Shown in pieces: positions 26,976-36,675 of a stretch of 64,000 bases of DNA. Each line of letters opens with the position of its first letter. Position 1 is the stretch's first letter. The notes below the pieces were generated by a model. The model was not told the DNA's origin. It did not search any database and saw nothing but the letters and a program-made list of their open reading frames with translations. The stretch comes from Candidatus Micrarchaeota archaeon (GTDB taxonomy: Archaea > Micrarchaeota > Micrarchaeia > Anstonellales > Bilamarchaeaceae): assembly GCA_043827025.1 (NCBI GenBank), contig JBDRPL010000010.1, forward strand, positions 1 through 64,000. The letters run 5' to 3'. A program made the position numbers and the translations under genes.

Positions 26976-28400
26976 ATGGCTTTGCTATGTCAGGGAAATG
27001 TTCCGTATGATTCTGCTGTCCAAGGTGCAGCCCATGCAATATCCACGTCTACATTGTGGTCTTCAGCCATTCCAATAGCAGCGCTTCTCATGATAATCGG
27101 CGTCATCCTTGTAGCCCTGGTTTACATGCTGAGCGGCATATTTCAGGATGACAAGATGAAGGTCTGGGCAAGGATGGAACTTTTTGAGATCATCTATTCT
27201 GCAATAATACTTTGTATGGCTGTTTTTGCAGTAGGGCTTGCGGATGAGGTCGCACGTTGTGTTTCGCTTGACCCTAATCTATCGCCCACATCCAGGGCAC
27301 TTTGCGACAATCCAGACGACCCCTTTGGCACTTCTACAACTTCTGTTTATAATGGTATCCCATACTGCCACATGAGGATGGCGATTTCATATACGGATAC
27401 TATATTTGCAGAAACCAATAAATTCGCCCTTTTGCTTTACGGCAGTTATATCTACACGTCCACATTTGCAGATATGGCTATAAATGTGGAGTTTGTTTTC
27501 GAGAAAGCAGGTTTCATGACTTTTAATCCGTTGAGAGGATTATTTACCATAGGAAATGACATGCGTTCCTTTCTTTTTGATACCCTCATCAAACTAATGC
27601 TCGTCACGAAATTCCAGGAAATTCTGCTTGTGTTTACTGCAAAGGTGCTTTTCCCATTGCTGTTCATAATCGGTGCAGTGCTGAGGACATTTGCATTTAC
27701 CAGACGGCTTGGAGGATTGCTAATGGCACTTGCCCTTGCATTATTCTTCATTTACCCCATGTTCTATGTGTTCGGAATGTTCATCCTAGATTCCCTGAAA
27801 ACACAGGCAGTGGGATACTGTGTCCATTCTGGCCAGGGTACATTGGACGAATGCCAAGATTCTGTTTCAGTATTCTCAAATTTCTATAGTGGCGGCAGCG
27901 TTCCGCTTATAGGCTCTTTTAATCCTGGGGAACTTGAAGGTTCAACAAAAGGCAAGAGATCTACTGAGGTATTTGACCCATTTGTCAATGGTATCAATGG
28001 AGAAAGTGGATTGCCTAAATTCTATACGCCGCCTCATTCCTGCACTGTACCTGTTGATTGCATAGGCGATCCAAAATGTATGGTCGATGAGGGCAATGGA
28101 AAGGTCAATTATTGCGAATGCAAGGACTCTGAATGTAAGCTAAATGATGCAGCAAATGAGAAAATCCAGGGATTCGGAAGCAGTCTACTGCAGGGCTTGA
28201 CAGAAAGGTCATGGAGCGATTCGCTTTTCATAACTGATTTTTCGAAAGATGGGGGATATGTGGACATAACTGCCAGAATTGCGTTCTTTTCAGTTTTCTT
28301 TTCATTATTTGGATTGCTTGCAACTATTGCTGGAATCAGGAGCATTTCGATGTTCCTTGGTGGGGATCTTGAGATCGCGGGTTTGACGCACCTTATCTGA
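26976..28400 (+). CDS. VirB6/CedA-like paralog 3 with Cys-rich loops
   Basis: WARMEL, GAVLRTFAFTRRLGG.LMA....YP, GGDLEIAGLTHLI. Confidence 0.7.
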   Translation: MALLCQGNVPYDSAVQGAAHAISTSTLWSSAIPIAALLMIIGVILVALVYMLSGIFQDDKMKVWARMELFEIIYSAIILCMAVFAVGLADEVARCVSLDPNLSPTSRALCDNPDDPFGTSTTSVYNGIPYCHMRMAISYTDTIFAETNKFALLLYGSYIYTSTFADMAINVEFVFEKAGFMTFNPLRGLFTIGNDMRSFLFDTLIKLMLVTKFQEILLVFTAKVLFPLLFIIGAVLRTFAFTRRLGGLLMALALALFFIYPMFYVFGMFILDSLKTQAVGYCVHSGQGTLDECQDSVSVFSNFYSGGSVPLIGSFNPGELEGSTKGKRSTEVFDPFVNGINGESGLPKFYTPPHSCTVPVDCIGDPKCMVDEGNGKVNYCECKDSECKLNDAANEKIQGFGSSLLQGLTERSWSDSLFITDFSKDGGYVDITARIAFFSVFFSLFGLLATIAGIRSISMFLGGDLEIAGLTHLI

Positions 28401-28409
28401 TGTGATGCT

Positions 28410-29633
28410 ATGAGCATGTTGACTACTAAAAATTTATTTTTCTTCCTCATATTACTCACTTTGACTTATGCTTCGCTTAATAACCCTCAAGAGCAAGAGC
28501 AGGCTCAAGAAGGCCTGACCAAGCTATTCAGTGATATGGCGCAGGAAGCCAAAGGAGTTACAGGCGGAGTGGTCCATACTCTTTTCGGCGCCTTTCAACC
28601 AAGTTCCTGTGGTGCTGAGGATACATGGTTGAATTTCGGAACAATGAATTGGCTTATTCCATCTGTCTTTGTTGCGATGGTTGTCCTATTTGGAATCACA
28701 ATACTCTACATGATGGGCAATCTTTTCCAGCTACAGAACCTCATTTTGGTTGCTAAAGAAGAATATTTTAATTCATTCGCAACAGTTCTGCGTGTAATAC
28801 TGGTACTTGGCGCAGTTGCAACTGTTGATGCTGCCTGGTATGGTTTGCAGACTAATAATCTTGGCCCTGACCCTGATCCAGTATATAGTTCTTCGCCAGT
28901 CATGATTGATGCAGCTCTTGTCTTCAGCTACCAGACAATGACTGAGCTGAATTCTGTTTTCAGCAATTTGCTGATGTTCAACATGGTTGTCCATACCCTT
29001 TATACCTCTACGCTTTATTTTGGAGTGACATGGCGTGCAATGTACTCTTTCAACCTGGGTCCCGTACTTAAGCCAATAATTGATATTTTGGGAGTTTCAA
29101 TGAATATGCTTTCTGTAGCCATAGGCGAATGGGTCATTCATATGGCTACTCTTTGTATAATAAAGAAATGGGCCTTTACCTTATTCATCCCATTGGGCAT
29201 GCTTCTCAGAGCCATACCTCATACAAGGGCAGGAGGAGAAGCGCTTTTCGCGCTTGTATTTGCCTTTGCAGTTATCTATCCATTCATGTTCATAGTTGAT
29301 TATGAAGCGCATAAGATACTAAAATCTTCGATACTCGATCCAACTGAAAATACGCTTATGACTGATCTTATGGAAGGAACAGGGCTGTTCAAGGTTGCAA
29401 CTATGATGGTCGCATTCTTTTTCCTTAGCGGAGGTGTTTTTGTACCTGTGCTTGTAGAAGCAGGACTTTCAATTACCTTCGAGCTTGTCAATGCTGCTGT
29501 CTATTACATTGTAATTCTTGGGCTGTTATTGCCTTTTATAAATATTTTTATAACTCTTACTGCTGCCAAGGAATTTGCAAAAGGATGGGGAGGGGTTGAC
29601 ATAAATTACATGGCATTCGTGAGGCTGATCTGA
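28410..29633 (+). CDS. VirB6/CedA-like paralog 4
   Basis: AKEEY, GMLLRAIPHTRAGG.LFA....YP, GGVDINYMAFVRLI. Confidence 0.7.
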   Translation: MSMLTTKNLFFFLILLTLTYASLNNPQEQEQAQEGLTKLFSDMAQEAKGVTGGVVHTLFGAFQPSSCGAEDTWLNFGTMNWLIPSVFVAMVVLFGITILYMMGNLFQLQNLILVAKEEYFNSFATVLRVILVLGAVATVDAAWYGLQTNNLGPDPDPVYSSSPVMIDAALVFSYQTMTELNSVFSNLLMFNMVVHTLYTSTLYFGVTWRAMYSFNLGPVLKPIIDILGVSMNMLSVAIGEWVIHMATLCIIKKWAFTLFIPLGMLLRAIPHTRAGGEALFALVFAFAVIYPFMFIVDYEAHKILKSSILDPTENTLMTDLMEGTGLFKVATMMVAFFFLSGGVFVPVLVEAGLSITFELVNAAVYYIVILGLLLPFINIFITLTAAKEFAKGWGGVDINYMAFVRLI

Positions 29634-30778
29634 TGGGCATCATCTATGATAAAATCTGCGTGAACGGCGGTGCAGCCATAAGCGATGTAGTCACACAGTG
29701 GAGATTTGGGGATGTTGCCATAAATTGGATGCCTCTTGCAGCTGCAGCAATGCTTGCCTCTGTTGTAGTAATCGTATTGATCTACCTTTTTGGAGTTATA
29801 ACTCGGGACCCGAATGCAAATACATTTGCAAAAATAGAGTTATACGAAGTATTCATCTCCTTCATCATAGTTCTTTTCCTCATGGGAGTACTTGGTTCGC
29901 TTTGTTCTGTGAGCATAGGAAAACTTCTGGTAGTCAATCAACAAGCTCCCCTTCCGGCAGGAAATGATGATATTGATGAATTCCTTGACATGGATGTTTT
30001 TTCTGCAGGTGAGGACTATTTCGAAAAGGTTTCTGCTGACATGGAAGGCTGGATGGTTGTCAATTATTTCTTTGCCATCTGGCTTGATGAGGCCGCGACC
30101 ATAACTCCATATTCGAGGCCATTGGGTGTTGGTATGGTGGCAGCTCCTCTTGCAGGGCTTGCAGCACCCCTTAAGCAAGTAGTTTACAATGTGTATGTTG
30201 CTCTTTCCATCGCATACATAATCAACTATGCCCAGCTTTATGTCTTCCGTTTTTCAATAATCGCATTCATGTTCATTTATTTCCCAATAGGTATTTTCCT
30301 GCGTTGCTTCACGCCTACAAGAAGAATTGGCGGAACCCTGCTTGGAGTGGGCATTGGTTTCCTTGTAATTGTCCCTCTCCTGACTCTTGTTGCGCACGTG
30401 ATGTTCATGTCCTCATATGGAGTCATTACACTATTGAATGATAGCATTACCAACTATGTCGGCAGCTCTCTCTCTGTTACAGCAGGAGCCAAATCCATAT
30501 TGGCCAACCTCTTTGACATTAGCGTGCCTACCATAATAGGCAGTTTTGTTGCAGGGAAATTTGGAGCAATGCTTGGTTTCATAATAGGCGCAGGTGGAAT
30601 ACCCGGCTCATTGCTCACTGCAGCATTTATCATTCCAATATCAACAGTTGGCGCCGCGTTCCTTATAGGATTCCTTATTCCTGCATTTAACACTATCATT
30701 CTTGTATATTCTGTGAAATCCCTTTCCAGATCTCTTGGCGAGGAGATTGATGTCAGTTCTTTGACGAGGTTGATATGA
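29633..30778 (+). CDS. VirB6/CedA-like paralog 5
   Basis: AKIEL, GIFLRCFTPTRRIGG.LLG....VP, GEEIDVSSLTRLI. Confidence 0.7.
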   Translation: MGIIYDKICVNGGAAISDVVTQWRFGDVAINWMPLAAAAMLASVVVIVLIYLFGVITRDPNANTFAKIELYEVFISFIIVLFLMGVLGSLCSVSIGKLLVVNQQAPLPAGNDDIDEFLDMDVFSAGEDYFEKVSADMEGWMVVNYFFAIWLDEAATITPYSRPLGVGMVAAPLAGLAAPLKQVVYNVYVALSIAYIINYAQLYVFRFSIIAFMFIYFPIGIFLRCFTPTRRIGGTLLGVGIGFLVIVPLLTLVAHVMFMSSYGVITLLNDSITNYVGSSLSVTAGAKSILANLFDISVPTIIGSFVAGKFGAMLGFIIGAGGIPGSLLTAAFIIPISTVGAAFLIGFLIPAFNTIILVYSVKSLSRSLGEEIDVSSLTRLI

Positions 30779-31941
30779 TGAAAATGCGATTGCTGTTGCT
30801 TGTTTTTATTCTGTTCCTGAGTGTTCCGCTTCATTCAGATGATGCTTCAGTTGGCCGTGTCCTAATCGGCTGGGAGGCTCTTGCATACGGTGCAGCAATA
30901 GTCTCATTCGTTTTTGCTATTCTTGCATTGATGATTGGAAGGGCATTTGACCTGAGGAATATCACCCAGGCAGCCAAAACAGAGCTCATCTATATTTTTT
31001 CTACCATTTTACTCATAATGATGCTTGGCGTTTTCGTTACAACTGGGTCAGACCTGCTCTATGAACTTTCCACGCAATTGCTTTGCTCAAGTTATTCTAA
31101 TGTCCCGTCTTTCCAACAGGCTTTTCCGGATTGTGAACTATATGTGGCACCTCCGCCAGTCTATGATTATGATTCAAATGGGGGTAGGATTGAAGTAACT
31201 CTCAAACCCCATGTCATTGATGTTGCAAAGCTCTATCTTCAGCCAGTGGTGCTGGGAGCGCAGACTTCGCAAAAAATATTATATGGATTGAGCATACCTG
31301 TGGAAGCCATGGCTTCCATTTATGTCGAGATCTTCATGAGTGAGCATGCCTCAGGATTCGGATTCAAGCCATTTGCCGAGAGGATAAAGAATACCAACAT
31401 GGCAATCAGCTTCTATCTCTTTGCATATTATCTGATAATCCATATCCTGAATTTCATAAGAGCATATGGCCTGTTTTTCTTATCTATAGGGGTAATATTA
31501 AGGTGCTTCCCACCTACTCGCGGTGCTGGTGCATATGTCATTGCACTCACGCTAGGGCTTTATTTTGTCTTCCCGTTTTCATTTGTCATGGCTTCAGCAG
31601 TCAGTGCAGGTTATTCTTTCGAACAGAGTTTCCTTGGTTTCGGCGGAGGCAAAAATCTCATATTTGCCCTGCCTTTTGAGCTTCCGGAGAACTCAAAAAT
31701 ATGCAATGGCATGGATTCCAGCTCTGTTGTTGATGCCATTCAATATTTCAAGGCTAACAAGTCGGACATATTCAATATAATGGATGTCATCAGCCTTAAT
31801 GTGGTCAAAGCCATGACGCTTAGGATATGCCTGCTTCCGCTTGTTGCGCTTACAGTGACATTCACATTCATCCTTTCCACTACAAACCTTTTCGGAGGCA
31901 ATATTCCTGAAATAGGAAGAGGGCTGGTTAAGCTTATTTGA
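30775..31941 (+). CDS. VirB6/CedA-like paralog 6
   Basis: AKTEL, GVILRCFPPTRGAG..VIA....FP, GGNIPEIGRGLVKLI. Confidence 0.7.
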   Translation: MMKMRLLLLVFILFLSVPLHSDDASVGRVLIGWEALAYGAAIVSFVFAILALMIGRAFDLRNITQAAKTELIYIFSTILLIMMLGVFVTTGSDLLYELSTQLLCSSYSNVPSFQQAFPDCELYVAPPPVYDYDSNGGRIEVTLKPHVIDVAKLYLQPVVLGAQTSQKILYGLSIPVEAMASIYVEIFMSEHASGFGFKPFAERIKNTNMAISFYLFAYYLIIHILNFIRAYGLFFLSIGVILRCFPPTRGAGAYVIALTLGLYFVFPFSFVMASAVSAGYSFEQSFLGFGGGKNLIFALPFELPENSKICNGMDSSSVVDAIQYFKANKSDIFNIMDVISLNVVKAMTLRICLLPLVALTVTFTFILSTTNLFGGNIPEIGRGLVKLI

Positions 31942-31942
31942 C

Positions 31943-32872
31943 CTAAGGACAAGCGATTCTCATATGCTTATACTCATAATTTTCTTCAGCATCCTCTTTC
32001 TTCCTTGTTGAGTAATAGAGCTGGTCTTTTTCTGAAGCATAGAACTTCTGTCCATATATTTTCTCAAGATAAGCATCTTGATCTTGCACTTCGCTTGATG
32101 CGTTTATATTCTTTGCAATATGAAGGAAATTTACATCTACAGTTACTTGTTCATTGAACTCTCTGACAATTATATTGTTCCACATCTCTTTCGGATATAG
32201 TTTGATTTCACTGATGTCATAAAATCCGTAGTCGAATATGTCTATGTATCCCTTTGTATTTTTGATGCATTTATTGATGTGTTCGATTGTAAGTTCATTG
32301 ATTGGAATCTCGTAACCTTCGGGCATGTTGATCATGAACTTCATCACCTTTCCGTTCCTTGCCTTCATATATTTCTTTTCAAGTTTTTCGTTGTAATGAA
32401 CTTCGAACAGTTCTCTTTCTTTTATTACGAACACTTTTGCAGGCAGGTCATCATAGAGTTCATTGCTTCGAACGTAATTTGCATCATTTATCTTGGTTTG
32501 GAGTGCATCTCCACAAATCGATTCGACATTGGCAAAACTATTGATTTTTTCCGCATTTTCGAGCATTTTTTTCGATATGTCGCAAAGGCAGTATTTGACT
32601 CTTTTGAAGAAAATCGGATCAATTCGCTTTAGTTTGCTTAGAAAATAGAATGCAATCTTCCCATTGCCTACCCCGAATTCATAGACATTCAATTCATTGT
32701 CTAAGTTAGCCTCGTTTTCCTTTGCAAATGCATAAAATTCAAGCGCATTTGCCTCGCTTATCAATCTTGAAGAGCCGAATGTCTTGAAATCCTTGTAAAT
32801 CCCAGGGCCTTTTTCAGTGTAGTATGCTTCGTTTCTTTGTTTTTGCAATTCGTCAAGCTGAAGAAACTCCAT
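31943..32872 (-). CDS. SAM-dependent methyltransferase, MidA/NDUFAF7-like
   Basis: YY...DFKT, EFGVGNG, SNELYDDLP, DYG, TVDVNF. Confidence 0.8.
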   Translation of the reverse strand: MEFLQLDELQKQRNEAYYTEKGPGIYKDFKTFGSSRLISEANALEFYAFAKENEANLDNELNVYEFGVGNGKIAFYFLSKLKRIDPIFFKRVKYCLCDISKKMLENAEKINSFANVESICGDALQTKINDANYVRSNELYDDLPAKVFVIKERELFEVHYNEKLEKKYMKARNGKVMKFMINMPEGYEIPINELTIEHINKCIKNTKGYIDIFDYGFYDISEIKLYPKEMWNNIIVREFNEQVTVDVNFLHIAKNINASSEVQDQDAYLEKIYGQKFYASEKDQLYYSTRKKEDAEENYEYKHMRIACP

Positions 32873-33008
32873 GTTCTAAATTAGATTAGTTATCTTTAAT
32901 AATTCTTGTTGGCAGCCTTGGGTTTGCATATGCTGCAAGCCTTGCCTGGTATATTTCTTCGGACTCATAAAACCCTCTTTTTGGTATTCCGAAATCCTTT
33001 TCAACAAG

Positions 33009-33743
33009 CTAGCTCATACACACCTCAGGCGAGTTGTTTGCCATTAATATCCTTAGAACATCTTCAGGAGTCAGTTCAACAACTATCTGCATTGATTTTG
33101 TATGGATATTGCTTGTAACTGCTGGGATTAGTCTATGATCTAAAATCCCTTTATCTAGGTATCCGTACACTTGTGGACCGACATATGAACTTCTTCTGTA
33201 AATATAACTGTCTGTTTGATGTGGAGTTATCAGTTCTGGATTCAGGATTTTTTTACCATTTGCACTGCTTATTTCTTCCAAAACTTGCATTCTTGAGTCT
33301 GGGACGCGAATATGCACAATTCCATTGCTATTTATCTTCAAATCTCCTGCAGTTATGTCTTCGATTACAATTATCTTGTTTTTTTCGCCTACAAACCTGC
33401 CAGTTGAAATTGCCAACATTGTCTCATAATCTATTTGGACATCTGCAAATGGCGCGTGTGGAAGGAAATATGCAATCACTCTCCGGGTCACGAATCTTTT
33501 AGGGAAATCACCACTTCTCATGTCCCATGGGATTTGGCCAGAAGTTATAACTGGGAGGATATCTTCCAGTATGGTGCGTGGTGATGCAAGTTGCATGCTT
33601 GCTCCGCTTTTTCGGTTCATGGCATCAATAAGCTGAAGCCCTTCGACAAAGGAAAATTTTTGACGAAACATGCCTATAACTGTTCTTCCTTTTTCATACT
33701 TTTCTACTGATGCGATTGCTATTTGTGGTTTGCAAGTTGCCAT
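33009..33743 (-). CDS. Hypothetical protein
   Basis: ~244-aa ORF with no competing long ORF. Confidence 0.7.
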   Translation of the reverse strand: MATCKPQIAIASVEKYEKGRTVIGMFRQKFSFVEGLQLIDAMNRKSGASMQLASPRTILEDILPVITSGQIPWDMRSGDFPKRFVTRRVIAYFLPHAPFADVQIDYETMLAISTGRFVGEKNKIIVIEDITAGDLKINSNGIVHIRVPDSRMQVLEEISSANGKKILNPELITPHQTDSYIYRRSSYVGPQVYGYLDKGILDHRLIPAVTSNIHTKSMQIVVELTPEDVLRILMANNSPEVCMS

Positions 33744-33822
33744 ACAATTCACGAATATGTTGTTATTAGTATGAACAATTGTGTATCCTTATATTTAAAA
33801 ATCTGTTTTCCGAATTCATTTC

Positions 33823-34377
33823 ATGAGAAAATTCGTTATCGATACTTCGCTGTTCGTCAATCCGTATGCAAGAGGGGCTTTTGGCAAAGACCCAAGGGCT
33901 GCGCTCAAGGCATTTGTCAAAATAATAAAGAAAAAGAAGATCGAGTTCTTCATGCCCCCGTCCATCTTCCGCGAATTGACTAACTTTGTCGGAGATGATA
34001 TTGAGCATCTAGAGATGGTCGTAAAGCGTAAGTCGCCAAACCTGTATTCCATGTACCTTCCGGCAGCAGTTTTCTATGATTTCATAGAAGATGTGCGTGC
34101 AAGAATAAACAAGGGTTTGAGGCTTGCGGAAGAGGCTGCAAAGGACAATACTCCTGATAATGATCCGAAGCTCAATAAACTAAGGCAGAAATACAGGGAA
34201 TTCATGCGCACTGGTCTGTTGGACAGCAGTGAAGATCTTGAGCTTGTTCTTTTGGCAAAGGAAATTGAAGCTACTTTAGTTAGTTGCGATGAAGGCGTAA
34301 TTCATTTCGCAAGCAAGATTGGCTGTGAAGTATTGAATGCGACTAAGTTCGCGAAGCTGCTGAAGACGCTGAAGTAA
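33823..34377 (+). CDS. RNA-free RNase P (HARP) / RNA ligase partner, PIN-domain protein
   Basis: FVIDTS, RARINKGLRLAE, LRQKYRE..RTG.LDS.ED...LLA.E, D.G. Confidence 0.92.
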   Translation: MRKFVIDTSLFVNPYARGAFGKDPRAALKAFVKIIKKKKIEFFMPPSIFRELTNFVGDDIEHLEMVVKRKSPNLYSMYLPAAVFYDFIEDVRARINKGLRLAEEAAKDNTPDNDPKLNKLRQKYREFMRTGLLDSSEDLELVLLAKEIEATLVSCDEGVIHFASKIGCEVLNATKFAKLLKTLK

Positions 34378-34384
34378 TTCTTAG

Positions 34385-35446
34385 TTAATCTATCTGCCCC
34401 CTTCCTCTTAGGGCCCCATTTATCTTTTCTGATGTCTTTCTGTATATTTTCCTGAACCTTATCCTTTTCCTGTTGCCTTCTTTCTTTTCAAAAACAGTTT
34501 CTACCCTTATCTCCTTGCTCATGTGCTTCTTTATGTTTTCGTAGATTCTTGGATCTTTCACTAGTATTTCATATTCCTCGTGACTATGGCCTTCTTTTTC
34601 TGATTGTTTTATGGAATCAATTAAATTGAAGAATGCCTTCCCCATCCGTTTCTCATATTCGTCTCTCTTGAGCCCGAAGTCATTTAGGAACATTGAAGCT
34701 CTAAAGATGCGCTGCATGAAGAATCCTGGCGGCATATCAAAAAAGCTTTTCACTGCTTCTTCCACGTCGGCAATGTCTGAATTCGCCACTACATATTTCA
34801 CGGTTTCCTTTCTGCTCGCTGTTTTTATTACTATTCCTTCCCTGTTGGAATTGTTTATATCAAGTGCGATTTTCTTTATCTTGTCAATATCTTTTGTGCT
34901 GAATTTGCCAAGCCTGGGCACGCTTTCGATATCGTATTTGTCCAGCAACTTATACTTTTCTGCAATAGGCAGATAGGTTTCGTTTTCCAATCCTATGTCA
35001 AAAACAAGGAATTTCACATCAAACTTTTTTGTTGGCAGGGTATATGGCGTATTGCCGACCATCTCTCCGCACAATACATATTTCGGATGATCTTTGAAGA
35101 ACTTCTCAAGTTTCATTTCCCTTGCCTTTTCAGTTGAGAACAAATCAATGAAACCGCCTCTTGAAAAGGCAAATACCTTGCCTTCAACAATTGCCACCCT
35201 GACATTGAAGCCATCTATCTTCTCTTCTATGTAAATCTCTTTTTCAGTTATGTTCTTCTCAATGCCTTTGTCCAAGGTAAAGATTCGTTTTATGTGAGGG
35301 TAGCCAGGAACGACTCGTTCTCTTGTTATTACTCGCCCTCGGTTTATTTCTCTAAAGCCTTCGCGGAATCTATAATATTCAATATCTTCTTTGTGGTGTA
35401 TAATCTTCCCGCGCTTGATTGCCTCGTCCAGCTCCTTCTTTTCCAT
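34385..35446 (-). CDS. ATP-dependent RNA ligase, archaeal Rnl3 (Pab1020) family
   Basis: GYPHIKR, EEKIDGFNVR (motif I), SRGG, LCGEMVG, FDI, REGIVIK, VKYV. Confidence 0.93.
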   Translation of the reverse strand: MEKKELDEAIKRGKIIHHKEDIEYYRFREGFREINRGRVITRERVVPGYPHIKRIFTLDKGIEKNITEKEIYIEEKIDGFNVRVAIVEGKVFAFSRGGFIDLFSTEKAREMKLEKFFKDHPKYVLCGEMVGNTPYTLPTKKFDVKFLVFDIGLENETYLPIAEKYKLLDKYDIESVPRLGKFSTKDIDKIKKIALDINNSNREGIVIKTASRKETVKYVVANSDIADVEEAVKSFFDMPPGFFMQRIFRASMFLNDFGLKRDEYEKRMGKAFFNLIDSIKQSEKEGHSHEEYEILVKDPRIYENIKKHMSKEIRVETVFEKKEGNRKRIRFRKIYRKTSEKINGALRGRGQID

Positions 35447-35541
35447 GATTAGAGTTTTTGTTCAAAGTTTTTATATTTGCTGTTTTGCATAAGGGGGTAA
35501 GATACTAGGGGGAATTCGAGTTTGACAAGTGTCCCCCTGTA

Positions 35542-36051
35542 TTACCAAGGAACTTTCTTGACTCCAATCCTGTTCGCAATGAAATTAGTCAGTGGATGAA
35601 GAATAAGTGTAATGGCCAATATCAAAACTATTCCGTCAGGCTGGTAATATATCTTTGGGCTTGAGGAGTATGCAAAAGCCAATGCTATCACAAGGAAAAA
35701 GAATGTGTCAAGCACGAATGGTTTTCCAGAATCGATGTTCAGCCTTCTTTTTATGAAACTTCCAAGCGAATCTCCGACCATGGTTCCAAGAGATAGAAGG
35801 AATGCGACAAACACCATCTGGTCTGCTGTGAATTCAGGAAGAAGATATAGCCTGCTCAAAACGAATCCGAACAAAGTTCCTACAAATACTCCTCCGATGA
35901 AGCCCCTTATTGTTTTTCCATCCCCCAATATCCTTTTGCCATCAATGGATTTTCCAAGGTCAATCGGAGTTCCACCTCCTAAAATCACAGGGGAAGAATT
36001 AGCGATGTATGCAGGAAGAATGAACAGCACCAGATAAATAAGTTCGATCAT
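35542..36051 (-). CDS. carS: CDP-archaeol synthase
   Basis: PAYIANSSPV, PIDLG, RILGDGKTIRG, GD.LGSFIKRR, LH...N, K.VPW. Confidence 0.93.
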   Translation of the reverse strand: MIELIYLVLFILPAYIANSSPVILGGGTPIDLGKSIDGKRILGDGKTIRGFIGGVFVGTLFGFVLSRLYLLPEFTADQMVFVAFLLSLGTMVGDSLGSFIKRRLNIDSGKPFVLDTFFFLVIALAFAYSSSPKIYYQPDGIVLILAITLILHPLTNFIANRIGVKKVPW

Positions 36052-36091
36052 TGAATCGAATACTTATTCGATACTATTTTAAAATTATTAT

Positions 36092-36347
36092 GTGGGCTCC
36101 CTGGTTTGCTGCAAACCACCAAGAAGGAGCTTTTACCTTGGGCTCCACTCTGGAGTCTCACTAGCACGATTTGGTATACTTAGGGATGCTCCTTTCGGCC
36201 TGACCCGTTTTGCACAACAAACCGTCAAATGAGGTAGAGTATCAACACTTGCGATAAAAGGCATCCTAGCGACTACAACGCCGCAGGTTTTTGGCCCGTC
36301 TAAAGGGGACGTACGGTGAAGGGACCCCTGGCCCCAACCTAGCCCAC
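36092..36347 (-). ncRNA. ffs: Archaeal signal recognition particle (SRP/7S) RNA, ~256 nt
   Basis: Terminal helix GTGGGCT/AGCCCAC, 5' GGGCTAGG as in archaeal 7S RNAs, helix-8 motif GGGTCAGGCC-GAAA-GGAGCATCCC (36183-36206). Confidence 0.9.
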
Positions 36348-36380
36348 GATAAGAATATGAATAGAGGCTTATTTAAGATT

Positions 36381-36671
36381 TCACTTTTTTCGTTTCTTCC
36401 CTGCCTTTTTCCTTACCTTTGATTTAGCAGGTTTCTTTTTCCCTGCCAGCTCATTTTCCATCGCACGTTCTCCCGCCTTCTTTTTTTGGTATTTTGAATC
36501 TTCATCCAGCCCTGCGAAAACCATGAGCAGGCCCAGAAGGAAAACTACTATAACTACAAATCCAAACAGAGTTTTTATGAATATGTCCAGAAGGTCCTTA
36601 AGATATTCAATTGTCATGAATGCAGTTATCAAAAGAACTATTCCCACTATACAATACTTCATTCCGCCCAT
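36381..36671 (-). CDS. Small two-TM membrane protein with basic tail
   Basis: KYCIVGIVLL..EY.. then second TM; paralogous to the next gene. Confidence 0.7.
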   Translation of the reverse strand: MGGMKYCIVGIVLLITAFMTIEYLKDLLDIFIKTLFGFVVIVVFLLGLLMVFAGLDEDSKYQKKKAGERAMENELAGKKKPAKSKVRKKAGKKRKK

Positions 36672-36675
36672 GTTC

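Noticed and set aside
32900..33010. Hairpin-like intergenic segment (also ~35490-35545 and ~49940-49980)
   Set aside because: Imperfect stems without flanking duplication; may be ordinary terminators
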